From contig CAYNYL010000003.1 in NCBI GenBank assembly GCA_964401485.1, positions 18,365 through 82,364 on the forward strand: DNA of 64,000 nt, written 5' to 3'. The notes beneath the pieces were generated by a model. That model worked only from the letters and a program-made list of their open reading frames with translations. It searched no databases and was not told the origin of the DNA. Within the stretch, counting starts at the first letter, position 1. The number at the start of each line of letters is the position of its first letter. The DNA is from an uncultured Gammaproteobacteria bacterium (GTDB lineage: Bacteria; Patescibacteriota; Patescibacteriia; UBA9934). Below are positions 17,787-27,989 of the stretch, in pieces. Made by a program: the position numbers and the translations under genes.

Positions 17787-18554
17787 ATGAATCTTCTCCA
17801 AACTCTTTCGGATACCGTTGTAATGACGAAGCGTAACCTTACGCACTACCGACGCGTTCCGCTTCTTATTTTCTTCTCGACGGTGCAACCAACAATGTTC
17901 CTTCTCCTCTTTACCTTTGTTTTTGGAGGGGCTATTCAAACCGGAACAGGGTCGTACATCGCGTATCTTCTCCCAGCGATTCTTGTGCAAACGGTGATCT
18001 TTGGATCGATGAACACGGCGATTGGGCTTTCGGAAGATATGAAAATCGGACTCATCGATCGATTCCGATCGCTCCCTATGTCGCGCTTTGCGGTTCTCGC
18101 GGGACGAACGCTTGCGGACTCGGTGCGAAATATCTTTACGATGTCGATCATGATCGGGGTCGGCTACATTATCGGATTCCGTCTTGAAGTTGGGATTCAG
18201 TATCTTGCGATCGCACTCGCGAGCTCGATCTTCTTTGGATTCGCGCTTATGTGGCTTATGTGTTCGCTCGGACTCTCGACGAAGGATGGGCAGACCGCAC
18301 AAATGGCAGCGATGGTGTTCTCGTTCCCGCTCACGTTCGCGTCAAGCGCCTACGTTCCAACGGAAACAATGCCGTCGGCTCTCAAGCTCTTCGCGAACAA
18401 TAGTCCGGTTACGCATGCAACGGACGCTGCTCGAGAGCTTATTCTCACGGGTACAATGGACGGAAGTTTTACCGCGATGATGATTTGGACAACGGCGATT
18501 TTCCTCGTCTTTGCTCCGCTCGCCGTGCTCCAGTTTAAACGGATGAATCGCTAA
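17787..18554 (+). CDS. ABC-2 type permease (DrrB-like)
   Basis: Six TM helices, DRFRSLPMSR; ATG 1 bp after the ATPase stop. Confidence 0.9.
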   Translation: MNLLQTLSDTVVMTKRNLTHYRRVPLLIFFSTVQPTMFLLLFTFVFGGAIQTGTGSYIAYLLPAILVQTVIFGSMNTAIGLSEDMKIGLIDRFRSLPMSRFAVLAGRTLADSVRNIFTMSIMIGVGYIIGFRLEVGIQYLAIALASSIFFGFALMWLMCSLGLSTKDGQTAQMAAMVFSFPLTFASSAYVPTETMPSALKLFANNSPVTHATDAARELILTGTMDGSFTAMMIWTTAIFLVFAPLAVLQFKRMNR

Positions 18555-18555
18555 T

Positions 18556-18588
18556 AAAAAACCCGGGGTGTGAGCCTCGGGTTTTTTT
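18556..18588. terminator. Bidirectional terminator
   Basis: AAAAAACCCGGGG-tgtgag-CCTCGGGTTTTTTT between convergent genes. Confidence 0.7.
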
Positions 18589-18596
18589 GTTATGAG

Positions 18597-19085
18597 TTAG
18601 TTTGGCATTTCTCGATGTCCGTTTGGACGACCGTGATTGCCCTTGCCGATGAACGATCCGAGTGGGATTCCTTGTTCCTCGGCCCATGCTTTGGATTCCT
18701 CCATGTGCGTTTTCATTGCCTCGTGTCGCTCTTCTTCGTCAAGATCCTTAAGGCTTTCTCGAAACGCTTCATTCTCTTCGTGCTTTTGCTTGATCGCTTC
18801 CGCTTGTTCTGCGGTGAGCTTTCCATCTTCGACCGCGATCGCGAGACGCTCCTCGGCTTCGGCTTTCATGCTTTCCGCCATAAGGGCGCGATGCTCTTCG
18901 AATACGGCTTTTACTTCCGCTTCGTTGAGATTGAATCGCTCCGCGATCGCTGTAATTAGGTCGTTCGGGCCCCCACCCTTTGTTTCGTGCATCGCGAACG
19001 TTGTCGAAACACCGACCGCACTTGCGCTTACACCGGCGATAATCGCGGCGGCAGCCAAGATTTTCGGGGGATACTTCATACTCAC
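18597..19085 (-). CDS. Secreted helical hypothetical protein
   Basis: Signal peptide-like N-terminus; AVEDGKLTAEQAEAI repeat-like motif; downstream of two-component genes. Confidence 0.7.
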   Translation of the reverse strand: MSMKYPPKILAAAAIIAGVSASAVGVSTTFAMHETKGGGPNDLITAIAERFNLNEAEVKAVFEEHRALMAESMKAEAEERLAIAVEDGKLTAEQAEAIKQKHEENEAFRESLKDLDEEERHEAMKTHMEESKAWAEEQGIPLGSFIGKGNHGRPNGHREMPN

Positions 19086-19206
19086 ATGAGTTAAGAATTA
19101 AGCAATGCACGGGAGTCGTCGGGATATTTTCAGAGTGCGCGCTCCAAGAAGTCCCGAATCCGTCCTCGTCTTGCATTTAGAATGTACCTCGCGCGCCATG
19201 AAGGAA

Positions 19207-20250
19207 TTATGAAGGCTTGTGGATAGGGAGGATAATCGTGAAAATCGTGCCTTTTCCGACCTCACTTTCGACTGTAATTTCACCGTTTAGGGCGTACACG
19301 CTTTCGCTTACGATTGCGAGTCCGAGTCCGCTTCCGCCTGTCGCACGGTTATGGCTTTCGTCCGCGCGGTAGAAGCGGTCAAAGATCGACGGTAAGTCTT
19401 TTTTTGCGATTCCAATTCCGGTGTCTTTTACGGTAATGACGATCGACTTGCGTCCGGCGGTCGCGGAAAGCGTAACGCTCCCTTCTGGTTTATTATATAA
19501 AATCGCGTTTTGGATCAGGTTTGTAAGCGCTTGCGTAAGGAGTCCCGGGCGCGGTTCGAGAATAAAGAGCGATTCGTCGATCGGTTCGGACGTAAGGGCG
19601 ATCCGTTGTTTTTGTGCCACTCCTTTAAGTCGCGAGACAGAGTCTTCAACGGTTTTCGCGACGGAAGCGGGTTTGCGCGTTGTGCGTTCCTTTGCGTCTT
19701 CAAGCTTTGAAAGCACGAGAAGATTATCGACAAGCGCCGACATTCGATTTACCTCTTCGAGGTGGCTTTCAAGGCGAGATTTATCTTTGTCATCGCCCGT
19801 CAGGCTTTTTTCATGCTCGAGGCTTGTTTTTAAAATTGCGAGCGGAGTTCGGAGTTCGTGTGAGGCGTAACTCAAGAAGCGTTTTTGTTCATTGTAGGCT
19901 CGCTCGATTGGTCGCAGGGTCATTCCGGCAAACCAATAGCTCGCGATTCCGGCAATGATGAGAAGAAAGAGGTTGACGGTCGTAAGGCTTTCCATCATGT
20001 CACGCCTTACATCGCTCACGATCGGTTTAATTCGAAGCTCACCTCCGATAATGACCCCGGTCCATTCGATTTTATCGAAACGGTGGCGGACGCGGTTGAA
20101 GAAAATCGATTGTGTTGCCGAAAGAGAGATAGCAAGAATGACCGACAAAATGAAAATATAGGCGCCTGTAAGAATAAGGCGTGAAGAAACGAAGCGGTTA
20201 GGCGTCGAGCTTGTAGCCCTTGCCCCAAATGGTTTGTATGCGTTTGGCAT
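19207..20250 (-). CDS. Sensor histidine kinase
   Basis: Two TM helices, SHELRTPL H-box, NLIQNA, DTGIGI, FDRFYR, GSGLGL. Confidence 0.95.
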   Translation of the reverse strand: MPNAYKPFGARATSSTPNRFVSSRLILTGAYIFILSVILAISLSATQSIFFNRVRHRFDKIEWTGVIIGGELRIKPIVSDVRRDMMESLTTVNLFLLIIAGIASYWFAGMTLRPIERAYNEQKRFLSYASHELRTPLAILKTSLEHEKSLTGDDKDKSRLESHLEEVNRMSALVDNLLVLSKLEDAKERTTRKPASVAKTVEDSVSRLKGVAQKQRIALTSEPIDESLFILEPRPGLLTQALTNLIQNAILYNKPEGSVTLSATAGRKSIVITVKDTGIGIAKKDLPSIFDRFYRADESHNRATGGSGLGLAIVSESVYALNGEITVESEVGKGTIFTIILPIHKPS

Positions 20251-20863
20251 AGGATTTTGGCAGTTTCTTACGGAGGTTTTTTAAATGGACGTCGACGACG
20301 TTGCTAAAGGAATCGAACTCGCGGTCCCAAACATGCTCGAGAATATCTTCGCGTGTTACGACCGTTTGCTTGTTGCGAAGGAAATATTCGAGAAGGGCGA
20401 ATTCGCGGAGGGTGAGTGTCAAGGATTTTCCGTCGATCGTGACGGTTTGCGCCTTAGGATCGAGCGTTAGGTTGTCGAGGGTGAGAACGGGTGATTCAAG
20501 AAGATGTGGACGGCGGGTAAGCGACCGGAGACGGGCGGAAAGTTCTTCGAGTGAAAACGGTTTTATGAGGTAGTCGTCTCCTCCCGCATCGAGTCCTTCG
20601 ACGATATCGAGCTCATCGCTCTTTGCCGTTAAAAAGAGAATCGGTGTCGTAACGCCGTGAGCGCGTAGCGCGAGACAAATCGAGAGACCGTCCTTTCCCG
20701 GAAGCATGCGGTCGAGAATGATGACGTCGTAGGGATTGATCCGCGCGAGCGATTCGCCTTCATTTCCCTCGTACGCAATATCAACGACGTGCCCGCGGTG
20801 GCGGAGCGCTTCCGCAAGCGTTAACGCTAGCTTTTGCTCATCTTCGACGAGAAGGAGTTTCAT
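20198..20863 (-). CDS. OmpR-family response regulator
   Basis: LLVEDE, IILDRMLPG, DDYLIKPF, winged-helix tail IQTIWGKGY. Confidence 0.95.
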   Translation of the reverse strand: MKLLLVEDEQKLALTLAEALRHRGHVVDIAYEGNEGESLARINPYDVIILDRMLPGKDGLSICLALRAHGVTTPILFLTAKSDELDIVEGLDAGGDDYLIKPFSLEELSARLRSLTRRPHLLESPVLTLDNLTLDPKAQTVTIDGKSLTLTLREFALLEYFLRNKQTVVTREDILEHVWDREFDSFSNVVDVHLKNLRKKLPKSYAKRIQTIWGKGYKLDA

Positions 20864-20903
20864 GGGCCCATCCTAGCCGAAAATCAATGAAGAAACAATG
20901 AAG

Positions 20904-21389
20904 TTAGAAAAGAATAACGAGCGTATAGATGAGGAACGCGGTTGCGAGGAGGATGTTGATTCCCATGCCAACGACGACTGCGATCAGTGAAAATGTCGCC
21001 GATTTAAGCGCGGAGAGGTGGTGCTTCATTTGGGCGAGCTCCGCGAGAAGTACGCCGAGGAAAAGGCCGAGGAAAAGGCCGAATGGGGGAAATGAAATAA
21101 GCCCAATAATCATACCGACAAGCCCCGAGATCAGTGACGCTCTATTTGCGCCCCCAAGTTTTGCGCCGATTAGGCCCGAGGAGTAATCGACTGCGATTGA
21201 CGCGAGCGTAATACTCCCGAGCGCCAAAAGTTGCCAGCCATTAAACGTTTGGAATTTATCCGCAACAGCGTAAACGAGCGTTGAGATAAAGAGAAGGGGG
21301 ATTCCGGGCATCGTCGGGATCCAGGTCAAGAGCCAGCCGACGACAAGAATCGGGACGAGGATTGCTTCGGGAGGGATTGTTGGGAACAT
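20904..21389 (-). CDS. DUF456-like membrane protein
   Basis: PxMPG, GAKLGGA, GLFLGVLLAEL pattern; fully hydrophobic. Confidence 0.7.
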   Translation of the reverse strand: MFPTIPPEAILVPILVVGWLLTWIPTMPGIPLLFISTLVYAVADKFQTFNGWQLLALGSITLASIAVDYSSGLIGAKLGGANRASLISGLVGMIIGLISFPPFGLFLGLFLGVLLAELAQMKHHLSALKSATFSLIAVVVGMGINILLATAFLIYTLVILF

Positions 21390-21402
21390 AGTGGATAAAG
21401 GA

Positions 21403-21430
21403 TTGACATACCCCTAGGGGGGTGTACGAT
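21403..21430 (+). promoter_or_regulatory. csoR-copA promoter with CsoR operator
   Basis: TTGACA...TACGAT enclosing ATACCCCTAGGGGGGTGT, a C/G-tract pseudo-palindrome like known CsoR operators. Confidence 0.8.
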
Positions 21431-21437
21431 AGGGGAT

Positions 21438-21710
21438 ATGAAGAAGAAACCAACAAAGGAAGATGGAATTATTCGGCGGTTGAAGATTCTCGAGGGACAG
21501 GTACGCGGATTGCAAGAAATGGTTGCAAGTGGCGCCTACTGTGTAGACATTATCACACAAACCTCGGCTGTAAAAAGCGGACTCTCAAAGTTAGAAGATC
21601 TTCTCCTTGAGGGACATCTTGGACACTGTGTTGTCAATCAAGTCAAGCGCGGGGAAGAGGCGAAGGCGGTTGCGGAAATTCTCAAGGTCTATCAACTTAA
21701 ACGCAAATAA
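21438..21710 (+). CDS. csoR: CsoR/RcnR metal-sensing repressor
   Basis: RLKILEGQVRGL, YCVDII.Q, HLGHC (C-H-C copper ligands). Confidence 0.9.
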   Translation: MKKKPTKEDGIIRRLKILEGQVRGLQEMVASGAYCVDIITQTSAVKSGLSKLEDLLLEGHLGHCVVNQVKRGEEAKAVAEILKVYQLKRK

Positions 21711-21711
21711 T

Positions 21712-23877
21712 ATGAAGACGAAAACGCTCGGGATCAAGGGAATGCACTGTGCTTCCTGTGTCATCACGCTCGAAAAAGCGTTGAAAAAGGTGCCTGGAGT
21801 AAAGGAGGCGCGCGTCAATTTTGCGAGTGAGAAGGCTACGGTTGAGGCGGGCGACGAGGTGGAAGATCATGCTCTTCATAGAGCAGTGACCGAGGCGGGT
21901 TACGCGATCGTTGAAGATGCTCCAAAGGGCGGTCATGTTCACGGCGTAGCGAAGGAGGATTCGCTACATTGGGCTGTTCGCATATCGATCCCGATCGTTG
22001 CGTTTACGATTGCGCTCATGGCGTATGAGATGGCGAGTCGAGCTGGCTGGGTTCCGCTCATGGGACCGAAGGTAGAGGATTTTGTCCATCACCTTCTCCC
22101 GGTTTTTGCCACCTACATGCTGTTTGCGGTTGGAGCGCCCTACTTACAGGGGCTTGCTCGGTTCGTGCGGACGGGGCGAGCGGATATGGATGCTCTTGTT
22201 GGGCTTGGAACATTGACCGCGTTTCTTTATAGCTTCTTTGTTTCGGTCTTTGTTGAGGCGGGCATGTTTTACTATGACGTAACAATCGTTGTGGTCGGGT
22301 TCATTACACTTGGAAAATATCTTGAAGCGAAATCGAAGAAGAAAACGGGAGAGGCGATGCGATCCCTTTTGACCTTGCAAGCGAAAACGGCTGTTGTGCG
22401 TCGAGATGGCGTCGAAATGACGATAGGGATTGCCGAGGTGCGAAAGGGGGATCTTGTGGTTGTTAAGCCGGGTCAGAGGATTCCGGTGGACGGTGTCGTT
22501 GCGGAAGGTGTGGCGGTTGTTGATGAGTCGACGTTGACGGGAGAGGCGATTCCTCGAGAGCGTGCGATTGGCGAAACAGTGCGGGCGGGAACGGTGTGTA
22601 CTACGACGTCCTTTGTTATGACGGCGGTTGGGCTTGGTGATGAAACGCTCCTCTCTCGGATCATCGCGCTTGTCGAATCGGCGCAGGGTTCGAAAGCACC
22701 TCTTGAAAAACTCGCGGATCGCGTTGCGTCGGTGTTTGTTCCGGCCGTGCTTGTCGTTGCCTGTATCACGTTCTTTGTTTGGCTGGGATTTGGGACGGTG
22801 GCGCAGGCGCTTACGGCGTTTGTAAGTGTCCTTGTCATTGCCTGCCCGTGCGCTCTTGGGCTTGCGGTACCAACTGCGATGATCGTCGGCGTTGGGCGTG
22901 GAGCGAAGCGTGGGATTTTGATTAAGAATGCAGAGGCGCTTGAGTCGCTCGCGAAGGTCGATGCACTTGTCTTTGATAAGACGGGAACGCTTACGGAAGG
23001 GAAGGCGGAGGTTGTTGCGGAAGCGGTATTTGCCGATTCGGAGCATGTGTATTCGACGCTTCTTGCCATTGAATCGCTTTCGGATCACCCGATTGCAGAA
23101 GCGGTCGTTCGTTACCTTGAGCCAAAGGTGGGGCACAAGTCGAAGGCGACGCATCTTGTAAACACTCCGGGCGTCGGTGTTACGGCGCGTGTTGACGGGG
23201 TTACCTATTTTGTTGGGGGATCGGCACTTCTCTCGTCTCTTGGCCTTACTGACACGGGCAGGGTTAATGGGGCGGTTGTGTACCTCGCGACCGATAAGAA
23301 TATTCTTGCGCGGTTTGTCCTAGAAGATACCGTTAAAGTCGGAGCTAAGGAGGCGATTGCGCGCCTAAAGTCGATCGGTATGCGCCTTGTTCTTGCGAGC
23401 GGGGATCGAGACGAGGTGGCGCAAGCGATTGCGACCGAGCTCGGAATTTCAGAAGTCCTTTCAAGCGTGCTTCCTGATGCAAAGGCGGAAAAAATCCGAG
23501 CGCTAAAGCATGATGGGTATCATGTTGCCATGGTCGGTGACGGAGTAAACGACGCGCCGGCACTAGCGGTCGCAGACGTTTCGATCGCAATGGCAACCGG
23601 TTCGGATATCTCGATTGAAGCGAGCGACCTCATCCTTCTTAACGGTGATATCTCGAAAATAACCGAAGCATTCACGCTTGCTCGCTCAACAAGATCGCTT
23701 ATGAAGCAAAATCTTTTTTGGGCATTTATCTACAATGTCGTTGGAATACCGATCGCTGCCGGAGTTTTGTACCCGGTTTTCGGCCTCCTTCTCTCTCCAG
23801 TTATCGCTGGGTTTGCCATGGCGCTTTCAAGCATCTCGGTAGTTCTCAATAGTTTAAGACTCAGTTATAAACGCTAG
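21712..23877 (+). CDS. copA: Copper-translocating P1B-type ATPase
   Basis: GMHCASC HMA domain, TGE, CPCALGLA, DKTGT, HP, GDGVNDAP, YN, MALSS. Confidence 0.95.
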   Translation: MKTKTLGIKGMHCASCVITLEKALKKVPGVKEARVNFASEKATVEAGDEVEDHALHRAVTEAGYAIVEDAPKGGHVHGVAKEDSLHWAVRISIPIVAFTIALMAYEMASRAGWVPLMGPKVEDFVHHLLPVFATYMLFAVGAPYLQGLARFVRTGRADMDALVGLGTLTAFLYSFFVSVFVEAGMFYYDVTIVVVGFITLGKYLEAKSKKKTGEAMRSLLTLQAKTAVVRRDGVEMTIGIAEVRKGDLVVVKPGQRIPVDGVVAEGVAVVDESTLTGEAIPRERAIGETVRAGTVCTTTSFVMTAVGLGDETLLSRIIALVESAQGSKAPLEKLADRVASVFVPAVLVVACITFFVWLGFGTVAQALTAFVSVLVIACPCALGLAVPTAMIVGVGRGAKRGILIKNAEALESLAKVDALVFDKTGTLTEGKAEVVAEAVFADSEHVYSTLLAIESLSDHPIAEAVVRYLEPKVGHKSKATHLVNTPGVGVTARVDGVTYFVGGSALLSSLGLTDTGRVNGAVVYLATDKNILARFVLEDTVKVGAKEAIARLKSIGMRLVLASGDRDEVAQAIATELGISEVLSSVLPDAKAEKIRALKHDGYHVAMVGDGVNDAPALAVADVSIAMATGSDISIEASDLILLNGDISKITEAFTLARSTRSLMKQNLFWAFIYNVVGIPIAAGVLYPVFGLLLSPVIAGFAMALSSISVVLNSLRLSYKR

Positions 23878-23878
23878 T

Positions 23879-24847
23879 ATGAAAAAAGTCCTTCCGATTC
23901 AGGGAATGCATTGCGCTTCGTGCGAGCTCGTGATTGCCGATGCGGTGCGCGAGTATCGCCCCGATCTTCTTCCAGAAGTGTCCCTTGCGCGAAAAACGCT
24001 TACAATCGAAATAGAAAGCGAGGGCGAGGTGGAGCAGGTTGAGGATCGACTTCGGTCCATTCTTGCGGATGTCGGTTACAAAATTGGAAACGGAGCGAGA
24101 AGCTCATCCGATCTCGTTGGCTCCTTTCTTCTCGCGGTCATTGTTCTCGGTCTCTTTGCGGTTCTTCAAAGAACGGGAGTGTTTGGCGGAATTTCGCTCA
24201 ATGAAATAAACTATCTTACGGCGTTCGTTGTTGGGGTCATTGCATCCTTCTCGACGTGTCTTGTTGTCGTTGGCGGGTTCGTTCTCGCGCTTTCCGCGGA
24301 AGCGTCAACGATTGGGGTAAAAACGCGTTCGATCGCTCTTTTTCATTTCAGTCGCCTCGCCTCCTTTACGGTTTTTGGCGGGCTTCTCGGGTTGATTTCA
24401 AAGTCGATCCAGCTCTCCGCGACCGGTGCGACCGTAATGCAGATTGTGGTTGCTATCGTTCTCCTCCTTCTTGGTCTCAACCTGCTTTCTGTTACGACGA
24501 AGATGATTCGCTTTCCGATCAAAATTAAACAAGCCTTTGATGGATCGCGACTTGCTGTCGGAACATTTGCTCCGATTGCCGTTGGAGCCATTACGTTCTT
24601 CCTTCCGTGTGGCTTTACGCAATCAATGCAAGTCTACACCCTAACGACGGGAAGTTTTGTTGCGGGAGCGTTAACGATGCTTGCGTTTGCGCTTGGAACA
24701 CTTCCGGTTCTTCTTGTGTTATCTTACGGTGGGTACCGGCTTGTTCAATCAAAACGTAAGGAGTTCTACTACCAAACGATCGGTTTCGTTGTTATTGGAT
24801 TTGCCCTCTTTACTCTTATAAGCGCTCTTCGCCTTTTCCTTCTATGA
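23879..24847 (+). CDS. HMA-domain plus DsbD_2/TauE-like membrane protein
   Basis: GMHCASC, STCLVVVGG, FLPCGFTQ, FALGTLP. Confidence 0.8.
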   Translation: MKKVLPIQGMHCASCELVIADAVREYRPDLLPEVSLARKTLTIEIESEGEVEQVEDRLRSILADVGYKIGNGARSSSDLVGSFLLAVIVLGLFAVLQRTGVFGGISLNEINYLTAFVVGVIASFSTCLVVVGGFVLALSAEASTIGVKTRSIALFHFSRLASFTVFGGLLGLISKSIQLSATGATVMQIVVAIVLLLLGLNLLSVTTKMIRFPIKIKQAFDGSRLAVGTFAPIAVGAITFFLPCGFTQSMQVYTLTTGSFVAGALTMLAFALGTLPVLLVLSYGGYRLVQSKRKEFYYQTIGFVVIGFALFTLISALRLFLL

Positions 24848-25230
24848 AAACAGCTCTCTATTTTGTTGCGATGATTGCAATCGTCGCTATTGCCGTGATT
24901 CTTGGAGTGCCAAAAAATCAGGTTGCCACAGATTCATCCGTTGTTATCGAAGGCGGAAAACAAACGATCTATCTTACGGCGAAAGAGGGTTATTTTCCTC
25001 AAGCTATTACCGCGACGAGCGGGCTCCCGACGACACTTGTTGTTAAAACCCGGGGCACCTATGACTGCTCCGCGAGCCTCGTCATCCCCGCGTTACGGAC
25101 ACAAATGATTCTTCCTCCAAGTGACGAAACGATTATTCCGATTCCGGACGCGCAAACCTATGGTGTGCTAGAAGGAGCCTGCAGTATGGGGATGTATCGA
25201 TTTACGATCGACTTCACGACATCATCGTAA
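24844..25230 (+). CDS. Cupredoxin-domain protein
   Basis: TM anchor, GYFP, DCSASLVIP, CSMGMY. Confidence 0.75.
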   Translation: MKTALYFVAMIAIVAIAVILGVPKNQVATDSSVVIEGGKQTIYLTAKEGYFPQAITATSGLPTTLVVKTRGTYDCSASLVIPALRTQMILPPSDETIIPIPDAQTYGVLEGACSMGMYRFTIDFTTSS

Positions 25231-25950
25231 GTAGCCGGCAATGACGTTTGGCACGTCGGCGGAATAGAGATCAAAGTCACCGTTTTTCCGCGCGAGGGAA
25301 AGGCCGGTTGATGGACCTCCGTCGAGATTCCCCGCAATATCAAACTCCTCTGGTTGAATCGAGAGCCACTGCGCCATCTCAAAAAGGGACGCTTCGCCAC
25401 GTTTGGTTAAGATGACATAATCCTGACCGTTCTTATCTTCGGCGAGAACTGTGCGGGAGGCGTATCGGCGAGAATCCTCGGAGATTAATGTTTCACCGTT
25501 AAAGAGGAGGGTTGGGAAGGATAGAAGCGCATCGCCCGACGGTTCTGTTTGCGGTTCTTTTGGAAGATAGGAGAGGTCGAGGCCTGTTTCGTTGACTCGC
25601 ACGAGGAAGGTGTAGCTCGCTTTATCTGCTTGTGCGGTAGGCGACGGCCACGGCGTGATCCCGGCCTTACCATTGTCATTTAAATAACCGGTCGGCTCAT
25701 CTTGCTCGTCAAAATAGGAGCCGTTAATCACAAAACTTGCGTCGAGAGCTTCCCGCCACTCCTTTACGGACTTTGGATTCTTTGGATCGTTTTCGAGCGA
25801 GAATCTTGTTGCGTAGTCGTTCAGGGGAAGGACGGTGAAGACAACCGTTCGATCACCAAATGTCATCTTTCGATGGTCGAGAGATTTTGGAAGCGCGATG
25901 AGGTAGAGGGCGAGCGCTAAAATCGGAAGGAGAAACACGAATTTTTTCAT
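25222..25950 (-). CDS. Phosphodiester glycosidase (NAGPA-like) family protein
   Basis: Signal anchor, INGSYF, SRT, NLDGGPST. Confidence 0.8.
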   Translation of the reverse strand: MKKFVFLLPILALALYLIALPKSLDHRKMTFGDRTVVFTVLPLNDYATRFSLENDPKNPKSVKEWREALDASFVINGSYFDEQDEPTGYLNDNGKAGITPWPSPTAQADKASYTFLVRVNETGLDLSYLPKEPQTEPSGDALLSFPTLLFNGETLISEDSRRYASRTVLAEDKNGQDYVILTKRGEASLFEMAQWLSIQPEEFDIAGNLDGGPSTGLSLARKNGDFDLYSADVPNVIAGYLR

Positions 25951-26690
25951 GACGTTTTCTTTAAGAGGCAAATCAGGTGTGGACGGAAAAGTCCGAGAGG
26001 GATTTTTGCGAGAAGTGCAGAGAGTTTATAGGTTCCACGGTTGAACGAAGTATACGATGGATCCGGATTTGCGCGAAGAAAGGTGACTTCAAGACCCGCT
26101 CGACGTGCAAGGCGGACAATCTTTCTTCGTGCATTTGTGCGGTAGTAAACAGGAAAGACGTCATCAGCTTCTCGGGCGTAGAGAATTCGAAGAAGCGTAT
26201 TCGCGACTGCTTGCGTCATCATTCTTCGAGCAAGAATAAGAAAGCTATTGCGATTTGGCGTGACGAAGGCAAATGTTCCACCGGGTTTTAAGACGCGTGT
26301 AATCTCACGAAGAGTTACGTCCGGTGCTTTCACATGTTCAAACACCCAAAGCGAAAGGACGAGATCGAATGTTTTGTCCGGAAAGGGGAGGAGCTCATCG
26401 TTTGAGATGACGACCTGGTTCACGGAGATGTTGCCCGTCGTTGCTTCTTTATCGACGTCGAGCCCGATCGCGTTTGAAAATGAACCCTTGAGCTCGTCAA
26501 TGACGAAGTTTCCACGGCCACAGCCGTAATCGAGTACAGTGGCGTTTTTTAGGTTAAGACGAGAGACTTGGTCTCGCAAAAGAATCATCGAGTCATCCCA
26601 ATCGGGATTCTCCGTTTTAAACAGACGTTTATATTCGAGTTGTCGACGCTCTTTTGGATGGAGGTCGGTATATTCAGAGATGTACGCCAT
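25947..26690 (-). CDS. Class I SAM-dependent methyltransferase
   Basis: VLDYGCGRG, LPFPDKTFDLV, RVLKPGG. Confidence 0.9.
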   Translation of the reverse strand: MAYISEYTDLHPKERRQLEYKRLFKTENPDWDDSMILLRDQVSRLNLKNATVLDYGCGRGNFVIDELKGSFSNAIGLDVDKEATTGNISVNQVVISNDELLPFPDKTFDLVLSLWVFEHVKAPDVTLREITRVLKPGGTFAFVTPNRNSFLILARRMMTQAVANTLLRILYAREADDVFPVYYRTNARRKIVRLARRAGLEVTFLRANPDPSYTSFNRGTYKLSALLAKIPLGLFRPHLICLLKKTS

Positions 26691-26725
26691 ATCGGGGAGG
26701 ATAGCATTTTGCTATACTTATTCAT

Positions 26726-27181
26726 ATGGTACGTGAACTTCCCCGCGGACGCGAGGTCCAATTCGATCAAGCGGTAAAACCGTTGCCGGAGAGTGCAATT
26801 CGTCCAATCAAGGCGACGGAGCGAGTTTCGGATTACTCTGATGTTCTCGCGGAATTTGGTGGTGATCCGGGGCGCATTACGTCGATTCACGGTGGGGAAC
26901 GGAAGGCGTATCTTGAGCGTCCGAGGTCGCTTGAAGCAACGGAGCGGACGTTTATGCGGTTTCTTGAAGAGGCTTACCGAACCGGTCGAATTGAGCTTAC
27001 CCCGGCCACGCAAAGAATGCTTGAGAAGGCTGTGTTGCAAAAAAGTCAGCTTGAGGCACTTCGAACTCTGAGTGATTATGAACTTGAGAGGTACGCCGAT
27101 GAGCTCGTTGCCGTTTGGGGCCAGAAGCAAAAAATTTGGGAGCGGGCGGAGCGGAGTGAGGGGCGACTCGCGGCAAAATAA
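26726..27181 (+). CDS. Hypothetical protein
   Basis: 151-aa ORF after a TGCTATACT -10 element. Confidence 0.55.
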   Translation: MVRELPRGREVQFDQAVKPLPESAIRPIKATERVSDYSDVLAEFGGDPGRITSIHGGERKAYLERPRSLEATERTFMRFLEEAYRTGRIELTPATQRMLEKAVLQKSQLEALRTLSDYELERYADELVAVWGQKQKIWERAERSEGRLAAK

Positions 27182-27218
27182 GACGAGGGGACCTATTCGT
27201 GGTCCCCTCGCTGAGTTA

Positions 27219-27941
27219 CTAACGGACGTCCTTGAAGGCGGACTGGAGCAAGCCCTGTAAGGCGATCGCGATGTTCGAGGCGAGCTCCTCTCTGCGCGCT
27301 GGGTCTTTGCGTAGTGAGGCGTGGATCTCGAGTTGGACCGCATCGAGTCCCGCCTCGCCGTACTTGTACCCGAATGACCGGACGATGTACCCACCTCGAA
27401 AACTACTCTTCACGCCGAGCATCTCATCGGGCGAGTAGGCGATCGTGTAGTCGGTTTTCAGTGGGGCGGCGAGGAGGTAGTCGAGGTGGTTTGGCGCCGT
27501 TCGGCCCTGATCCGTCCCAAAGATCAGTTGCAACCCTCGAGGCGTTGTCGTTGGTTCGTTCGCAAATCCGTGGATGTCGAGCAAGAACGCGAATCCGTGG
27601 TTACGGATTGTGCGTTCGATCTGGGCGGAGAGAACTCCGTGGTACTCGCGCCAACTTCCCTCGAACCCCTCGACCCATGCCTGCGGGCCGGGCTTGCGAT
27701 TCGGGTCGGCGTGCCGTCGATCAAGGGTGAAGCTGACAAGCGTCGGAGTGATCTCTCGCTTGTGAAGTTCTTCCATGACCGAGAACGTGAGTTCTCGCGT
27801 ATGGTCGTCGAGCCCGGTTCCTCCCTCCGCAATCCACTTTGCGACATGCGGGAGAATTGGCTTGTCATCGAATCTCTCCGTCCCATCGTGCGGAACGGAC
27901 AGGACGATCGGGCACGAGCCCTCTAAAAGAACGGTATGCAT
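27219..27941 (-). CDS. N-formylglutamate amidohydrolase-family protein
   Basis: SVPHDG, DPNR, YH, LLDIHG, GGYIVR, AVQLEI. Confidence 0.8.
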   Translation of the reverse strand: MHTVLLEGSCPIVLSVPHDGTERFDDKPILPHVAKWIAEGGTGLDDHTRELTFSVMEELHKREITPTLVSFTLDRRHADPNRKPGPQAWVEGFEGSWREYHGVLSAQIERTIRNHGFAFLLDIHGFANEPTTTPRGLQLIFGTDQGRTAPNHLDYLLAAPLKTDYTIAYSPDEMLGVKSSFRGGYIVRSFGYKYGEAGLDAVQLEIHASLRKDPARREELASNIAIALQGLLQSAFKDVR

Positions 27942-27989
27942 CGGATCCTCCGAATTGAAATGCTAAAAAAACGTAGCAGAAGTAGCGAA

